DNA of 64,000 bases from NCBI GenBank assembly GCA_963701965.1, contig OY969695.1, positions 1,824,001 to 1,888,000 of the forward strand. Direction: 5' to 3'. Within the stretch, counting starts at the first letter, position 1, and each line of letters starts with the position of its first letter. The notes under the pieces are model-generated. The model was not told the origin of the DNA, did no database searches, and saw nothing but the letters and a program-made list of their open reading frames with translations. Source of the stretch: an uncultured Gemmatimonadales bacterium. GTDB taxonomy: Bacteria > Gemmatimonadota > Gemmatimonadetes > Gemmatimonadales > Gemmatimonadaceae. A program made the translations under genes and the position numbers. This document shows positions 39,396 to 48,644 of this stretch, piece after piece.

Positions 39396-40578
39396 GTCCC
39401 TCCATGCCACAGTTTCGGCCCGTGGCGCCGCGCGGTGGGCGGCTGGTCATCCGTGGATCTTCGCCAGCGATGTCGTGACGGCGCCCTCCGCGCCCGCAAC
39501 AGCGATCGCCGGGGCGATCCGGGTCCAGACCGAGCGGGGGCGGCCCCTGGGTTGGGCCCTGTGGAGTCCGCGGTCGGAGATCGCCCTGCGTCTCATCGAC
39601 CGCGATCCGGACGCGCGGATCGACGCCGAGTGGTGGCACGGCCGCCTGGCGGCGGCGGTCGCGCGACGCGCGGCGCTGGCCGACGTCGCCACCGCGTATC
39701 GGCTTGTGCATGGCGAGGGGGATGCCTGCCCATCGTTGGTCTGCGACCGGTATGACCGATGGCTGGTCGTGCAGCTCGCGAGCGCCGGCCTCGAACACTA
39801 CCGCGCGGAGATCGTCGCGGCGCTGCAGGAGCTCACGCGACCTGCCGGCGTGTTGGCGCGTAATGATCTGGCGGTCCGGGCGCGGGAAGGGCTGCCGCGC
39901 GCGGTCGAGCTCCTCGCCGGCGAGGTCCCGCGTGCGATCGAGGTCACGGAGCACGGCGTCCGGTACCTGGCCGCGCCCTGGGATGGCCAGAAGACGGGCG
40001 CGTTCCTCGACCAACGCGACAACCGCGCCCGGATCGGCGCCTTGGCGCGGCCGGGCGGCCGGGCGTTGGACTGTTTCAGCTATCACGGCTCCTTTGCCTT
40101 GCATCTCGCGCGCCGGAGCGCCACGGTCGTGGCCCTCGACACGTCCGCCGCCGCCCTCGAGCGGGCCACGGAGAACGCGGCGCTCAACGGTCTGACGAAC
40201 GTGGAGTTCCGGGAGGCCGATGCCTTCACCTTTCTCAAGGCGTCGGAGCGCGCGCGCGAGCGGTTCGATACCGTGGTGCTCGACCCGCCCGCCTTCGCCA
40301 AGTCCAAGGGGAACGTGCCCGCCGCCCTCCGCGGGTACAAGGAGATCAACCTGCGGGGCATGCGGCTCCTCGCCCCGCACGGCATCCTGTACACGGCCAG
40401 CTGCAGCTTCCACGTGAGTCGCACCGCGTTCCTGTCGGTACTGGCCAATGCGGCGGCCGACAGTGGCCGGCGGCTCGCGCTGCGCGAGATCCGCGGTCAG
40501 TCGCTCGATCACCCGGAAGTGCTCACGATACCCGAGACGGGCTACTTGAAAGGCGCGATCGTCGAAGCACTCGACTAG
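39394..40578 (+). CDS. PUA-domain SAM-dependent rRNA methyltransferase, RlmI family
   Basis: GHPWIF, HGEGD, GQKTGAFLDQRDNR, LDPPAFAK, ASCS, PETGYLK. Confidence 0.93.
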   Translation: MSLHATVSARGAARWAAGHPWIFASDVVTAPSAPATAIAGAIRVQTERGRPLGWALWSPRSEIALRLIDRDPDARIDAEWWHGRLAAAVARRAALADVATAYRLVHGEGDACPSLVCDRYDRWLVVQLASAGLEHYRAEIVAALQELTRPAGVLARNDLAVRAREGLPRAVELLAGEVPRAIEVTEHGVRYLAAPWDGQKTGAFLDQRDNRARIGALARPGGRALDCFSYHGSFALHLARRSATVVALDTSAAALERATENAALNGLTNVEFREADAFTFLKASERARERFDTVVLDPPAFAKSKGNVPAALRGYKEINLRGMRLLAPHGILYTASCSFHVSRTAFLSVLANAAADSGRRLALREIRGQSLDHPEVLTIPETGYLKGAIVEALD

Positions 40579-40607
40579 AGGATTGGGAACGGGATTAGAG
40601 GATTGGG
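40576..40607. repeat. 12-bp direct repeat at the rlmI/mutM convergent junction
   Basis: TAGAGGATTGGG at 40576 and 40596. Confidence 0.8.
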
Positions 40608-41367
40608 CCTGGCCCTGGCATCCCGGGCACCAGTACGTCGAGCGGCCAGCCTGCACGATGCGCTGGACGGTCGCGCCACAGCGCCGCGCACAGGGCAGCC
40701 CCTCGCGGTCGTAAACCTTGAACCGTCCGGGATACCGCGCCCCGCGCGCCAGCGTCCGGCGAATCGCCGTCACCAGCCGCGCGCGCTCGGCCCGATCGAG
40801 CGATGACGCGCGGCGGCGGGGATCGATGCCGGCCCACCACAGAGCCTCGGCGGCGTAGATGTTGCCGAGTCCCGCCACGACGCGTTGGTCGAGCAGCGCG
40901 ACTTTGATCGGCCCGTTCCGCCGGGCGAGCGCGCGGCCGAGACTGTCGGGCGTGAATGCGGGATCAGTCGCGTCGGGTCCCAACGCCGCGACGGGATCCT
41001 CGCCCGGGGCGTGGAGCTTCACGATCGACAAGGCGCGCGGATCGACGAGCGCCACGCGCGAGCCGTCAGTGAAGGTGATCGCCACGCGGGTGTACGGCGG
41101 TAGGGGCGCCGCGGCGATGCCCGTGTCCCAATCGCCGGTCATCCCGAAATGCACGCGCAGCGTCGACCCATCGGCCAGACGCAGCAATTGGTGCTTGCCG
41201 CGGCGTTCGACACCGGTCACCCGCGCACCCACGAGCCGCCGGAGGGTGGTGGCACGCAACCAGCGTCGCTGCATCCGGTGAAAGGCTTCCACGCTCCGGA
41301 TCGTCTTCCCCGTCGTCTCACGGCGGAGCACGCGGGCCGCGGCTTCGACTTCGGGGAGCTCGGGCAT
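40595..41367 (-). CDS. mutM: Formamidopyrimidine-DNA glycosylase; no in-frame stop after the zinc finger, so the end is approximate
   Basis: MPELPEVE, RRGK, HFGMTG, LLDQRVVAGLGNIYA, CxxC...RSTYWCPGCQ. Confidence 0.93.
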
Positions 41368-41384
41368 CCGTAAGTATCTCGTGT

Positions 41385-41426
41385 AGCTGCGCCTTGCGCA
41401 GCTGCGCCTTGCTAGCTGCGCCTTGC
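41385..41426. repeat. Three 13-bp direct repeats in the mutM divergent intergenic region
   Basis: AGCTGCGCCTTGC at 41385, 41400 and 41414. Confidence 0.85.
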
Positions 41427-41458
41427 GCGACTCAATGGGCAATCTACCTTATAGCGAC

Positions 41459-42235
41459 ATGGCTGACCGCCGTCCGCGCTCTTTGCGACATGAGTACGAG
41501 ATGCATGTCGAGCGCGAGATCGAGAACTATAAAGACTCCTTGCCGCGGGCCGCGCTTCTCGGCATCGGGGACGAGGCGGTGACGAGTCTGAGCCGGGCGC
41601 CGCAGCTGGCGCTGACCGAGCTCGTGCTCTGCGAAGAGGTCGACCGCATCATCATGCGCCGGCTGCGGCTGCCGACGTACCAGACATGGCGACGGCGCCG
41701 CGTCCGCATCCTCGAGCGCTATCGGCGCCCCGAGCATTGGGGGTTGGACCCGGAGAGCGCGCTGGTCCGGGCGCTGCCGATCGACAATGGCATGTCGGGG
41801 GAGGCCAACGTGCTGGTCGCCGGTGCGCGCGTCGAGGGGGCCGCGCTCTATCTGGCGGCCAATGGGTGCGACGTCATCACCGTCGAAGAGGCCCCGGGCG
41901 TGGTGGAGCGCGTGCTCAACGCGGCCGAAGCGGCGGGACTGACGGAACGCGTGCGCGGGTGCGGCACGGACATCGGGCACTGGACACCGGACGTGCCGCT
42001 CAATGCCGTCGTGTGTACGCCAGCCGCGTTCGAGGGACTGTCGCCGGAGGAGCGGCTGCGGGTCATCGAGCTACTCCAGAGTGCGACCGCGGACGGTGGC
42101 GTGCATCTCGTGGAGACCATCGTCGCCGGCCAAGAGGCCGAGTTGCGCGATCGGTATGCGGGATGGGAGATCAGCGTCGAGCGCGATCCGCGAGCGGCCT
42201 CGAGAGCGTTCGTCGCCCGGAAGGGTGCCGCGTAG
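41459..42235 (+). CDS. Hypothetical protein with a degenerate class I SAM-methyltransferase-like C-terminus
   Basis: VLVAGA..ALYLAANGCDVITVE and TADGGVHLVE resemble a Rossmann MTase fold. Confidence 0.65.
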   Translation: MADRRPRSLRHEYEMHVEREIENYKDSLPRAALLGIGDEAVTSLSRAPQLALTELVLCEEVDRIIMRRLRLPTYQTWRRRRVRILERYRRPEHWGLDPESALVRALPIDNGMSGEANVLVAGARVEGAALYLAANGCDVITVEEAPGVVERVLNAAEAAGLTERVRGCGTDIGHWTPDVPLNAVVCTPAAFEGLSPEERLRVIELLQSATADGGVHLVETIVAGQEAELRDRYAGWEISVERDPRAASRAFVARKGAA

Positions 42236-42358
42236 TGACACACTGTGCGGAAATGTGCGTGTCGAAACGCGACGGTCGGACCGGTCGCACAGCCGAGTCA
42301 TAAAATCTAAGTCGATGCTTTGCATCGGCTTAGCTATCGATGTCGATCGTCAGTCCCG

Positions 42359-42373
42359 TGGCACTGGTGGTGC
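42359..42373 (+). promoter_or_regulatory. Candidate sigma-54 promoter with an upstream enhancer-like palindrome
   Basis: TGGCAC-TGGTG-GTGC; GTCG-N5-CGAC at 42261-42273; inverted repeat at 42307-42333. Confidence 0.6.
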
Positions 42374-42408
42374 CTTAGGAAGGGTTACCATCACGAGGGG
42401 ACTGGACA

Positions 42409-42564
42409 ATGACCAACGACCATCAGCGTACGGACGAGCCCGAGCCGATTGGCATCATCATCTCGCAAGGCTCTCGCACGGATACGCCGCCGCGCTTCTC
42501 GGCCTATGTGTGGGGAGCGGCGCCGGCCGAGACACAGACCGCCTCGACCACGCGCGCGGCTTGA
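42409..42564 (+). CDS. Small hypothetical protein (51 aa), not in the ORF track
   Basis: RBS GAGGGG; MTNDHQRTDEPEPIGIIISQGSRTDTPPRFSAYVWGAAPAETQTASTTRAA*; followed by a terminator. Confidence 0.65.
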   Translation: MTNDHQRTDEPEPIGIIISQGSRTDTPPRFSAYVWGAAPAETQTASTTRAA

Positions 42565-42571
42565 GTAGATC

Positions 42572-42614
42572 AAAAAAACAAAGAGCGGGGGCGCCTTCGG
42601 CGCTCCCGCTTTTT
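42572..42614. terminator. Bidirectional intrinsic terminator
   Basis: A-run, AGCGGGGGCGCC-TTC-GGCGCTCCCGCT, then TTTT; cUUCGg loop on the plus strand. Confidence 0.85.
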
Positions 42615-42685
42615 ACATCTCTTGCCCTGCCGCTTGCACAGCGCGCGACGGCGGAACGCCGCCGCGCGCTGCACTTGCAAGCTAA

Positions 42686-42775
42686 CTAGCGGCGCTTCTT
42701 GGCCGCCTTCTTCCGACCACCTTTCTTCGCAGCAGCCTTCTTTCTGCCTGCTTTCTTCGCCTTTTTGATAGCCAT
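42686..42775 (-). CDS. 29-aa Lys/Arg/Ala-rich basic peptide (histone H1/protamine-like composition)
   Basis: MAIKKAKKAGRKKAAAKKGGRKKAAKKRR*; upstream GGAG RBS. Confidence 0.72.
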   Translation of the reverse strand: MAIKKAKKAGRKKAAAKKGGRKKAAKKRR

Positions 42776-42861
42776 TTCGAACTGCTCCATTGCTGGAGTG
42801 AAGCACTCGGCCGATCCCCCGGTGGATCGGTGAGTGACGGACGGTGGTATTCGCCGCCCGC

Positions 42862-44220
42862 TTACACGGCCTCAGAGAGGCTCGTGAAGTTGAAATCGTG
42901 AACCTTGATCGGCGGCATCACCACCGCGCCGCCGGCTTCGGTGCCGGCCACGCGTTCGGGGTGCCCCATGGCGTCGAGGTTCGCGAGCATGAACAAGGGT
43001 GAGTCATTGAAGCGCATGTTGCGGACCGCTTTGGTGATTTTGCCGTCCTCGATGAGGAACGTGCCGTCGCGCGTCAATCCCGTATAGAGGATGGTGCGCG
43101 GATCGACTTCCCGCAGGTACCAGAGTCGCGTGACCAGCACGCCGCGCGGCGTCGAGGCGATCATTTGGTCGATCGTCGAGGTCGCGCCACTGCCCTGCAG
43201 TTTGATCGATCCCGGCTGCCCGGTCGCGGGCTGCTTCGCTTTCTTCGCCCAATAGCGCGTGTACTGTAAGTGCTCGAGCACCCCGTTCCCGATCCATACC
43301 TGCCGACCCAGCGGCAGTCCATCGTTGTCGAACGGTGTGTCCAGCAGTTGGTCATCTCGCGGATCGGACAGCAGCGTTACACGGGCATCGACGATCTTCT
43401 GTCCGACTTTGTTACCGCCACCCATCTTGGTAAACGGACTCCGACCCTCATCCGCTGAGCGCGCATCGACGTAGCCGGCGATGAGTTGCACGAGATCGCC
43501 GACCGCCTGCGGCTCGAAGATCACGGTGTAGCGTCCCGGCTCGATGGCGACCGGATTGCGCGACGCGCGCGCCTTCTCGATCGCGCGCGCGCTGGTGGCG
43601 CCGAAGTCGATCTGGGTCCAGTCCGGATTCTCGGCGCCCGCCCAACCCGATCCCGTGCCGTCGGCGGTGCGCACCGTGATCGTGTAGTTGGTGTTCGTGC
43701 TCCGGTGGTAGCCGAAAAGCCCCGCCGAATTGGCCACGGCCTGGACCGTCGCGTTGACGATCAGGAATCCGGCCGCATTGAGTTCGCCGGTGGCACGCGC
43801 CTGCGAAAGCGCGGACAGCGCCGCCTTGGCCCGGTCGTCCGGCGACACATTGGCCGTCGCCTCGAAGAACGCGCCCACCGGCTCATACGTCTGCCGCGAC
43901 AGCTCCGGCATCGCTTCCGGATCGTCGGGCGCCAACCGCGCCAATGCCTCGGACGCGGCGACCACGCGCGCGATCGACGCCTCCGACAAGTCGTTGGTCG
44001 TCGTGACCGCGTGTTTGGCGCCGAACGCGCTGGTGACCGCCAGCTGCGCGTCGGTCACGGCGCCGGACGTCGACACCTGGTTGGCGGCAAACCGCAGGTT
44101 CGTCGTGTAGGTGCTCTGCAGGTTGACATGAACCGCGTCGGCCTTCGACAGCTTCACGACGCGGGCCGTCAGCTCTTGCGCTTCGGCCTCGGACGTGAGC
44201 GCGCCGGAGGGCAGACTCAT
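42862..44220 (-). CDS. TldE/PmbA-like subunit
   Basis: RFAAN, EPGRYTVIFEP, LWYLREVDP..TGLTRDGTFLIEDG, RFND; no HExxxH. Confidence 0.9.
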   Translation of the reverse strand: MSLPSGALTSEAEAQELTARVVKLSKADAVHVNLQSTYTTNLRFAANQVSTSGAVTDAQLAVTSAFGAKHAVTTTNDLSEASIARVVAASEALARLAPDDPEAMPELSRQTYEPVGAFFEATANVSPDDRAKAALSALSQARATGELNAAGFLIVNATVQAVANSAGLFGYHRSTNTNYTITVRTADGTGSGWAGAENPDWTQIDFGATSARAIEKARASRNPVAIEPGRYTVIFEPQAVGDLVQLIAGYVDARSADEGRSPFTKMGGGNKVGQKIVDARVTLLSDPRDDQLLDTPFDNDGLPLGRQVWIGNGVLEHLQYTRYWAKKAKQPATGQPGSIKLQGSGATSTIDQMIASTPRGVLVTRLWYLREVDPRTILYTGLTRDGTFLIEDGKITKAVRNMRFNDSPLFMLANLDAMGHPERVAGTEAGGAVVMPPIKVHDFNFTSLSEAV

Positions 44221-45860
44221 GCCTTCCGTCCGGTGTTAATGACGTTGATCTGCTTGAAGCGCGCCGGCACGCAGCCATGGCTGACGGCATTGATCTGGCC
44301 GGGCTGCCCCTTCCCATCGAAGAAGCTGCCGCCCAGGAGGTATCCGCGCTTCCCGCCGATCAGGTCCATCGCGTTCCAGAAGTCTGGCGTCCGCATCTGG
44401 TACGCGACGTCCTTGAGCATCCCCACGATCTTGCCGCCCTTGATCTCGTAGAACAACTGGCCACCGAACTGAGCGTTGTAGCGCTGCTGGTCGATGGAGA
44501 ACGACCCGTCCCCGATGATCGCGATCCCGCGGTCGGTGGCGGCGATGAGGTCCTCCCAGACCAGGTCTTTCTCGCCGGGGAGGAGCGACACGTTCGGCAT
44601 GCGTTGGAACTGGACGTCGTTCCAATTGTCGGCGTACGAGCACCCGTGCGAGCGCGTGGGGCGGCCCTGGGCGTCGTACCACCATTTGATCCAGTTCGCC
44701 TGCTCGCGGGTGGTCTGATAGTCGTTGACGACCCCGTTCTTGATGATCAGGAACGTCTCGGGCGCGACCCCCTCGTCGTCGTAGCCGGTCGACGCGCAGC
44801 CGCCGGACTGCGACCGGTCGCCCTGGATGTTCATGAACTCGGGGCCGTACCGGAACTTGCCCAGCATCTTGTCGGGCGGGGAGACGAAGCTCGTGCCGGC
44901 AAAGTTGGCTTCGTAGCCGCTCGCCCGGTCCAGCTCCGTCGGGTGGGCAACGCTCTCGTGCAGCGTCAGCCACAGGTGCGTGGGATGCAGGACGAGATCA
45001 TAGCGGCCGACCTCCACCGGCTTGGCCTTGAGCTTCTGCGCCGCCTCGTCCGCCCATTTGGGGGCGTTGCCGACGCAATCCTGCTCCACCAGGTACTCGT
45101 AGCCCCGACCCATCGGCTGGATCGTGTTCGTCCGGATCTGGAAATCGGCGCCGTCCGCGGAGATCGCGGTGATCTGCATCGGGAGCCAGCTCCGAATGAT
45201 CAACTGGTTGATCATCGCGCCGTCGGTCGAGGCGAAGTTCTTGTCCTCGCGGACGAAGAACATCGAGCTGTTCACGAACTTGACGCCGGGAACCTTGAGG
45301 GCCTCGGTGTTGGCCCGGATCAAGAGATCGGCTTTCTGTTCGACGGGAATCGTGAACGGATCGGTGGTGAAATCGCTCTTCCAGCTCACCTCACCGATCT
45401 TGGGGGCCGGCGCCAGCTCGACGGCGCGGTCGCGGGCGACCCGATTGGCCTTGGCGATCGCCACCGCCTCTTTCGCCGCGCCCGCCACGCCATCCCGCGT
45501 GAGCGCGCGGGTCGCCGCGAACCCCCACGTGCCATCGACCAGCACCCGGACACCGCAGCCGACGGTATCGGTGTCGACGACCTGCACGATCTGCTTTTCG
45601 CGGGTGACGACGAAATTCTGGCGGTAGTGGCCGATTCTGGCGTCCGCGTAGCCCGCGCCGGCCATGGTAGCCGCATTCAACGCGTCCTGCAGCAGCGCTT
45701 TGATGCCCGCGTCCATGGGAGGCATCGCCTGCGGCGATCGCAGAGGCGGGTTCGCTTGGGGAGACTGCATCCCCGCCAGCGCGTCGGCACGTCCGGTGCC
45801 GATCGCCGCCAATGTCGCTGCTGCCGCTCCAGTTTTTAGGAAATCGCGTCGAGTCGTCAT
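44217..45860 (-). CDS. tldD: TldD metalloprotease with a twin-arginine signal
   Basis: MTTRRDFLK Tat motif; LHESVAHPTELDR; YDDEGV; QRMPNVSL; SHGCVP. Confidence 0.9.
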   Translation of the reverse strand: MTTRRDFLKTGAAAATLAAIGTGRADALAGMQSPQANPPLRSPQAMPPMDAGIKALLQDALNAATMAGAGYADARIGHYRQNFVVTREKQIVQVVDTDTVGCGVRVLVDGTWGFAATRALTRDGVAGAAKEAVAIAKANRVARDRAVELAPAPKIGEVSWKSDFTTDPFTIPVEQKADLLIRANTEALKVPGVKFVNSSMFFVREDKNFASTDGAMINQLIIRSWLPMQITAISADGADFQIRTNTIQPMGRGYEYLVEQDCVGNAPKWADEAAQKLKAKPVEVGRYDLVLHPTHLWLTLHESVAHPTELDRASGYEANFAGTSFVSPPDKMLGKFRYGPEFMNIQGDRSQSGGCASTGYDDEGVAPETFLIIKNGVVNDYQTTREQANWIKWWYDAQGRPTRSHGCSYADNWNDVQFQRMPNVSLLPGEKDLVWEDLIAATDRGIAIIGDGSFSIDQQRYNAQFGGQLFYEIKGGKIVGMLKDVAYQMRTPDFWNAMDLIGGKRGYLLGGSFFDGKGQPGQINAVSHGCVPARFKQINVINTGRKA

Positions 45861-45976
45861 GAATGCGACATCATTAGACACGTTAAATCGCTTTGCGCGA
45901 ATATAGACATCGTAAGTTGGCGCCGCAATACACGTTGCTATGGATTTCGCGATAACGTGCTATCAGTTTTCGCCGA

Positions 45977-47003
45977 GTGAGAGCATTGGTCAAGCGCATC
46001 GCGGGTCCTGGGATGGTGCTGTGCGACGTCCCCGAGCCGACGCTCCGCGATGACGAAGTCCTGATCCGCGTGCGTCGCGCGGGCGTGTGCGGCACCGACG
46101 TCCACATCTACGACTGGGATGATTGGGCGAAGCGGCGGGTCAAACCGCCGATCGTCGTCGGGCATGAGTTCGCTGGCGACGTGGTCGAGGTGGGCCAACT
46201 GGTGACCGACGTCCGCACCGGCGACCGGGTGACGGCCGAGGGACACATCGTCAATGGACGCTGCCTGCTGTGCCGCACCGGCAACGCCCACGTCTGCCCG
46301 TACACCAAGATCATCGGCGTCGACCGCGACGGATGCTTCGCCGACTACATCGCCATGCCAGCCACGAACGTGTGGCACCTCGACGACGCGATCTCCTATG
46401 ACGTGGGGGGGATCCACGACCCGATGGGGAACGCGTTCCATACGACGCTGACGGCCGAAATCCCGGGCGCGGTCGTGTTGGTGACCGGATGCGGGCCGAT
46501 CGGCATTTTTGCCGTCGGCATCGCGAAAGCGGCCGGCGCGGCGCGCGTCATCGCCTCCGACGTGAACGACACGCGCCTGGCGCTGGCGCGCCGGATGGGG
46601 GCGGATGATGTGGTGCACCCCGAACAGGCCGAGGCCGCCGTTCGCGGCGCGACCGACGGCCTGGGTGTCGACGTCGTATTGGAGATGTCCGGGGTACCAT
46701 CCGCCATCCGGCAAGCGCTGGCGCTCGTGCGGGTGGGGGGACGCGTACAGATGCTCGGCATCCCGGCCCGCCCGATGGAGATCGATCTCGCCACCGAGGT
46801 GATCTTCAAAGGCATCACGATCTATGGGGTCGTCGGCCGCCGGATGTACGAAACCTGGCACCAGAATGACACGATTTCTGCGATCCGGGCAGTTCGACCC
46901 GACGCCGGTCATCACGCACCGGTTCCCGCTCGATGCGGTGGACGAGGCGATGCGGGTCATCAAGACGGGCGAAGCGGGCAAAGTCATCTTCGAGGTGGCG
47001 TGA
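45977..47003 (+). CDS. tdh: L-threonine 3-dehydrogenase; frameshift near 46865
   Basis: CGTDVH, GHEFAG, GCGPIG, LEMSG, GRRMYETW; removing one A restores QMTRFL..VITHRFPL..GKVIFEVA*. Confidence 0.93.
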
Positions 47004-48196
47004 TGTCCCTGAATGCGGACCTGGCGGCGGGCATCGAGCAGCTCAAGCGCGACAACGTCTACAAACGCCTCAACTACCTGGACTCGCCGCAGGCGGCGCG
47101 GGTCCAGATGCACGGGCGGGGGGAAGTGTTGATCCTCTCGTCGAACAACTATCTGGGCTTGGCCAATGAACCGACGGTCGTCGAGGCCGGGGTCGAAGCC
47201 CTGCACCGGCTCGGCGCCGGCACCGCCAGCGTCCGGTTCATCTGTGGGACGTTCTCCATCCACCAGGAGCTGGAAGCCGCCCTGGCGCCGTTCGTCGGAA
47301 CGGAGTCATCCCTCAGCTTCCTCTCCGCGTGGAACGCGAACGAGGCGCTGACCGGCAACATCGTCGGCGAGGGAGACGTCGTCCTGTCCGACGCGCTCAA
47401 CCACGCGTCGATCATCGACTCGATGCGGTTGGCGAAGGCGATCACGAAGTGCACGACCGGTGTCTATCAGCACGGCGACATGGACGACCTCACGGCCAAG
47501 CTGTCGGCGGCGTCGGGCGCCCGCCGCAAGATCATCTGGACGGACGGGGTGTTTTCCATGGAAGGGAGCATCGCCAAGCTCCCCGACATCCTCGAGATTG
47601 CCCGGCGCTTCGACGCGACAGTCATCGTCGACGATTCGCACGCCACGGGCGTGCTCGGCACCGCGGGACGCGGGACCGCCGAGCACTTCGGCGTGCTGGG
47701 CGAGGTCGATATCATTACATCGACCTTGGGGAAGGCGCTGGGCGGCGCGGCGGGAGGATTCGTCGCGGGATCGGCCGCGCTCACGGATACGCTCACGCAA
47801 CGCTCGCGGCCGCAGTTGTTCTCCAACGCCCTGCCACCGACGGTAGCCGCCAGTTCATTGGCGGCGGTACGGTTCGTCGAGCAGCACCCGGACCGCGTGA
47901 CCAAGCTCCAGGACAATACGCGCTACTTCCGCCAGGCGATCGTCGAAGCGGGACTCAAGCCGCTGGCGGGGGAGACGCCGATCGTGCCCATCATCGTCGG
48001 CGAGACGGCGACGGCCATCCGGATGAGCGAGCGGCTGCTGGATCGCGGGGTGTTCGTCACGGGGTTTGGATTCCCCGTCGTCCCTCACGGCACGGCGCGC
48101 GTGCGGTGTCAGCTTTCGGCGGCCCACAGCAGGGCCGACCTCGACGAAGCGGTCACGGCGCTCCGTGACGTAGCCCGCGAGTTGGGCGTCTTATAA
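47003..48196 (+). CDS. kbl: 2-amino-3-ketobutyrate CoA ligase (glycine C-acetyltransferase)
   Basis: SSNNYLGL, SVRFICGT, NHASIID, DGVFSMEG, DDSHA, TLGKALGG. Confidence 0.93.
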   Translation: MSLNADLAAGIEQLKRDNVYKRLNYLDSPQAARVQMHGRGEVLILSSNNYLGLANEPTVVEAGVEALHRLGAGTASVRFICGTFSIHQELEAALAPFVGTESSLSFLSAWNANEALTGNIVGEGDVVLSDALNHASIIDSMRLAKAITKCTTGVYQHGDMDDLTAKLSAASGARRKIIWTDGVFSMEGSIAKLPDILEIARRFDATVIVDDSHATGVLGTAGRGTAEHFGVLGEVDIITSTLGKALGGAAGGFVAGSAALTDTLTQRSRPQLFSNALPPTVAASSLAAVRFVEQHPDRVTKLQDNTRYFRQAIVEAGLKPLAGETPIVPIIVGETATAIRMSERLLDRGVFVTGFGFPVVPHGTARVRCQLSAAHSRADLDEAVTALRDVARELGVL

Positions 48197-48523
48197 AAGC
48201 CTGACGCGCACGACGAGACGTCGCCAACTGGCGACGTCGTCGCCGCCGACCGTCTCCACGCTCGCCTGACAGCGCCCGCCCGCCAGCATCCACGGCGCGA
48301 GCCAGGCGCCGATTTGCTGGGGGAGATGACCCACGACATCCCCGCCCGGGGCGTGCACCCACACGGCGGGCACGTCGGCGCCCGGGGGATCGGGAATCAG
48401 CAACACCCGCTCACCCAGGTGTAAACGGTGCACCGTCCGCGTCCGGTCGGCGAAGACCGTGCCGTGGACGGCGGCGCTGAACTCGTCGCAGCCGGGCGGA
48501 GGCTGGGGAGGCGGGCGGTCCAT
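48191..48523 (-). CDS. Stand-alone HIRAN-like domain protein
   Basis: AVHGTVF, GERVLLIPDP, AVWVH..VVGHLP. Confidence 0.65.
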   Translation of the reverse strand: MDRPPPQPPPGCDEFSAAVHGTVFADRTRTVHRLHLGERVLLIPDPPGADVPAVWVHAPGGDVVGHLPQQIGAWLAPWMLAGGRCQASVETVGGDDVASWRRLVVRVRLL

Positions 48524-48644
48524 CAGCAACTCTGACCGAATCAGTCAATCCGTCGCCGCAATTCGTGACCCGCCGGGGCCTGTCTTCGTCCCCCCCATGA
48601 GTCGTGCCGTGTTCACGCAGTATCCATCCTTTGAGGTTTGTCAC

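Noticed and set aside
45977..48196. Apparent 739-aa Tdh-Kbl fusion
   Set aside because: One extra A at ~46865 creates it; the true Tdh C-terminus is in another frame and ends in TGATG overlap with kbl
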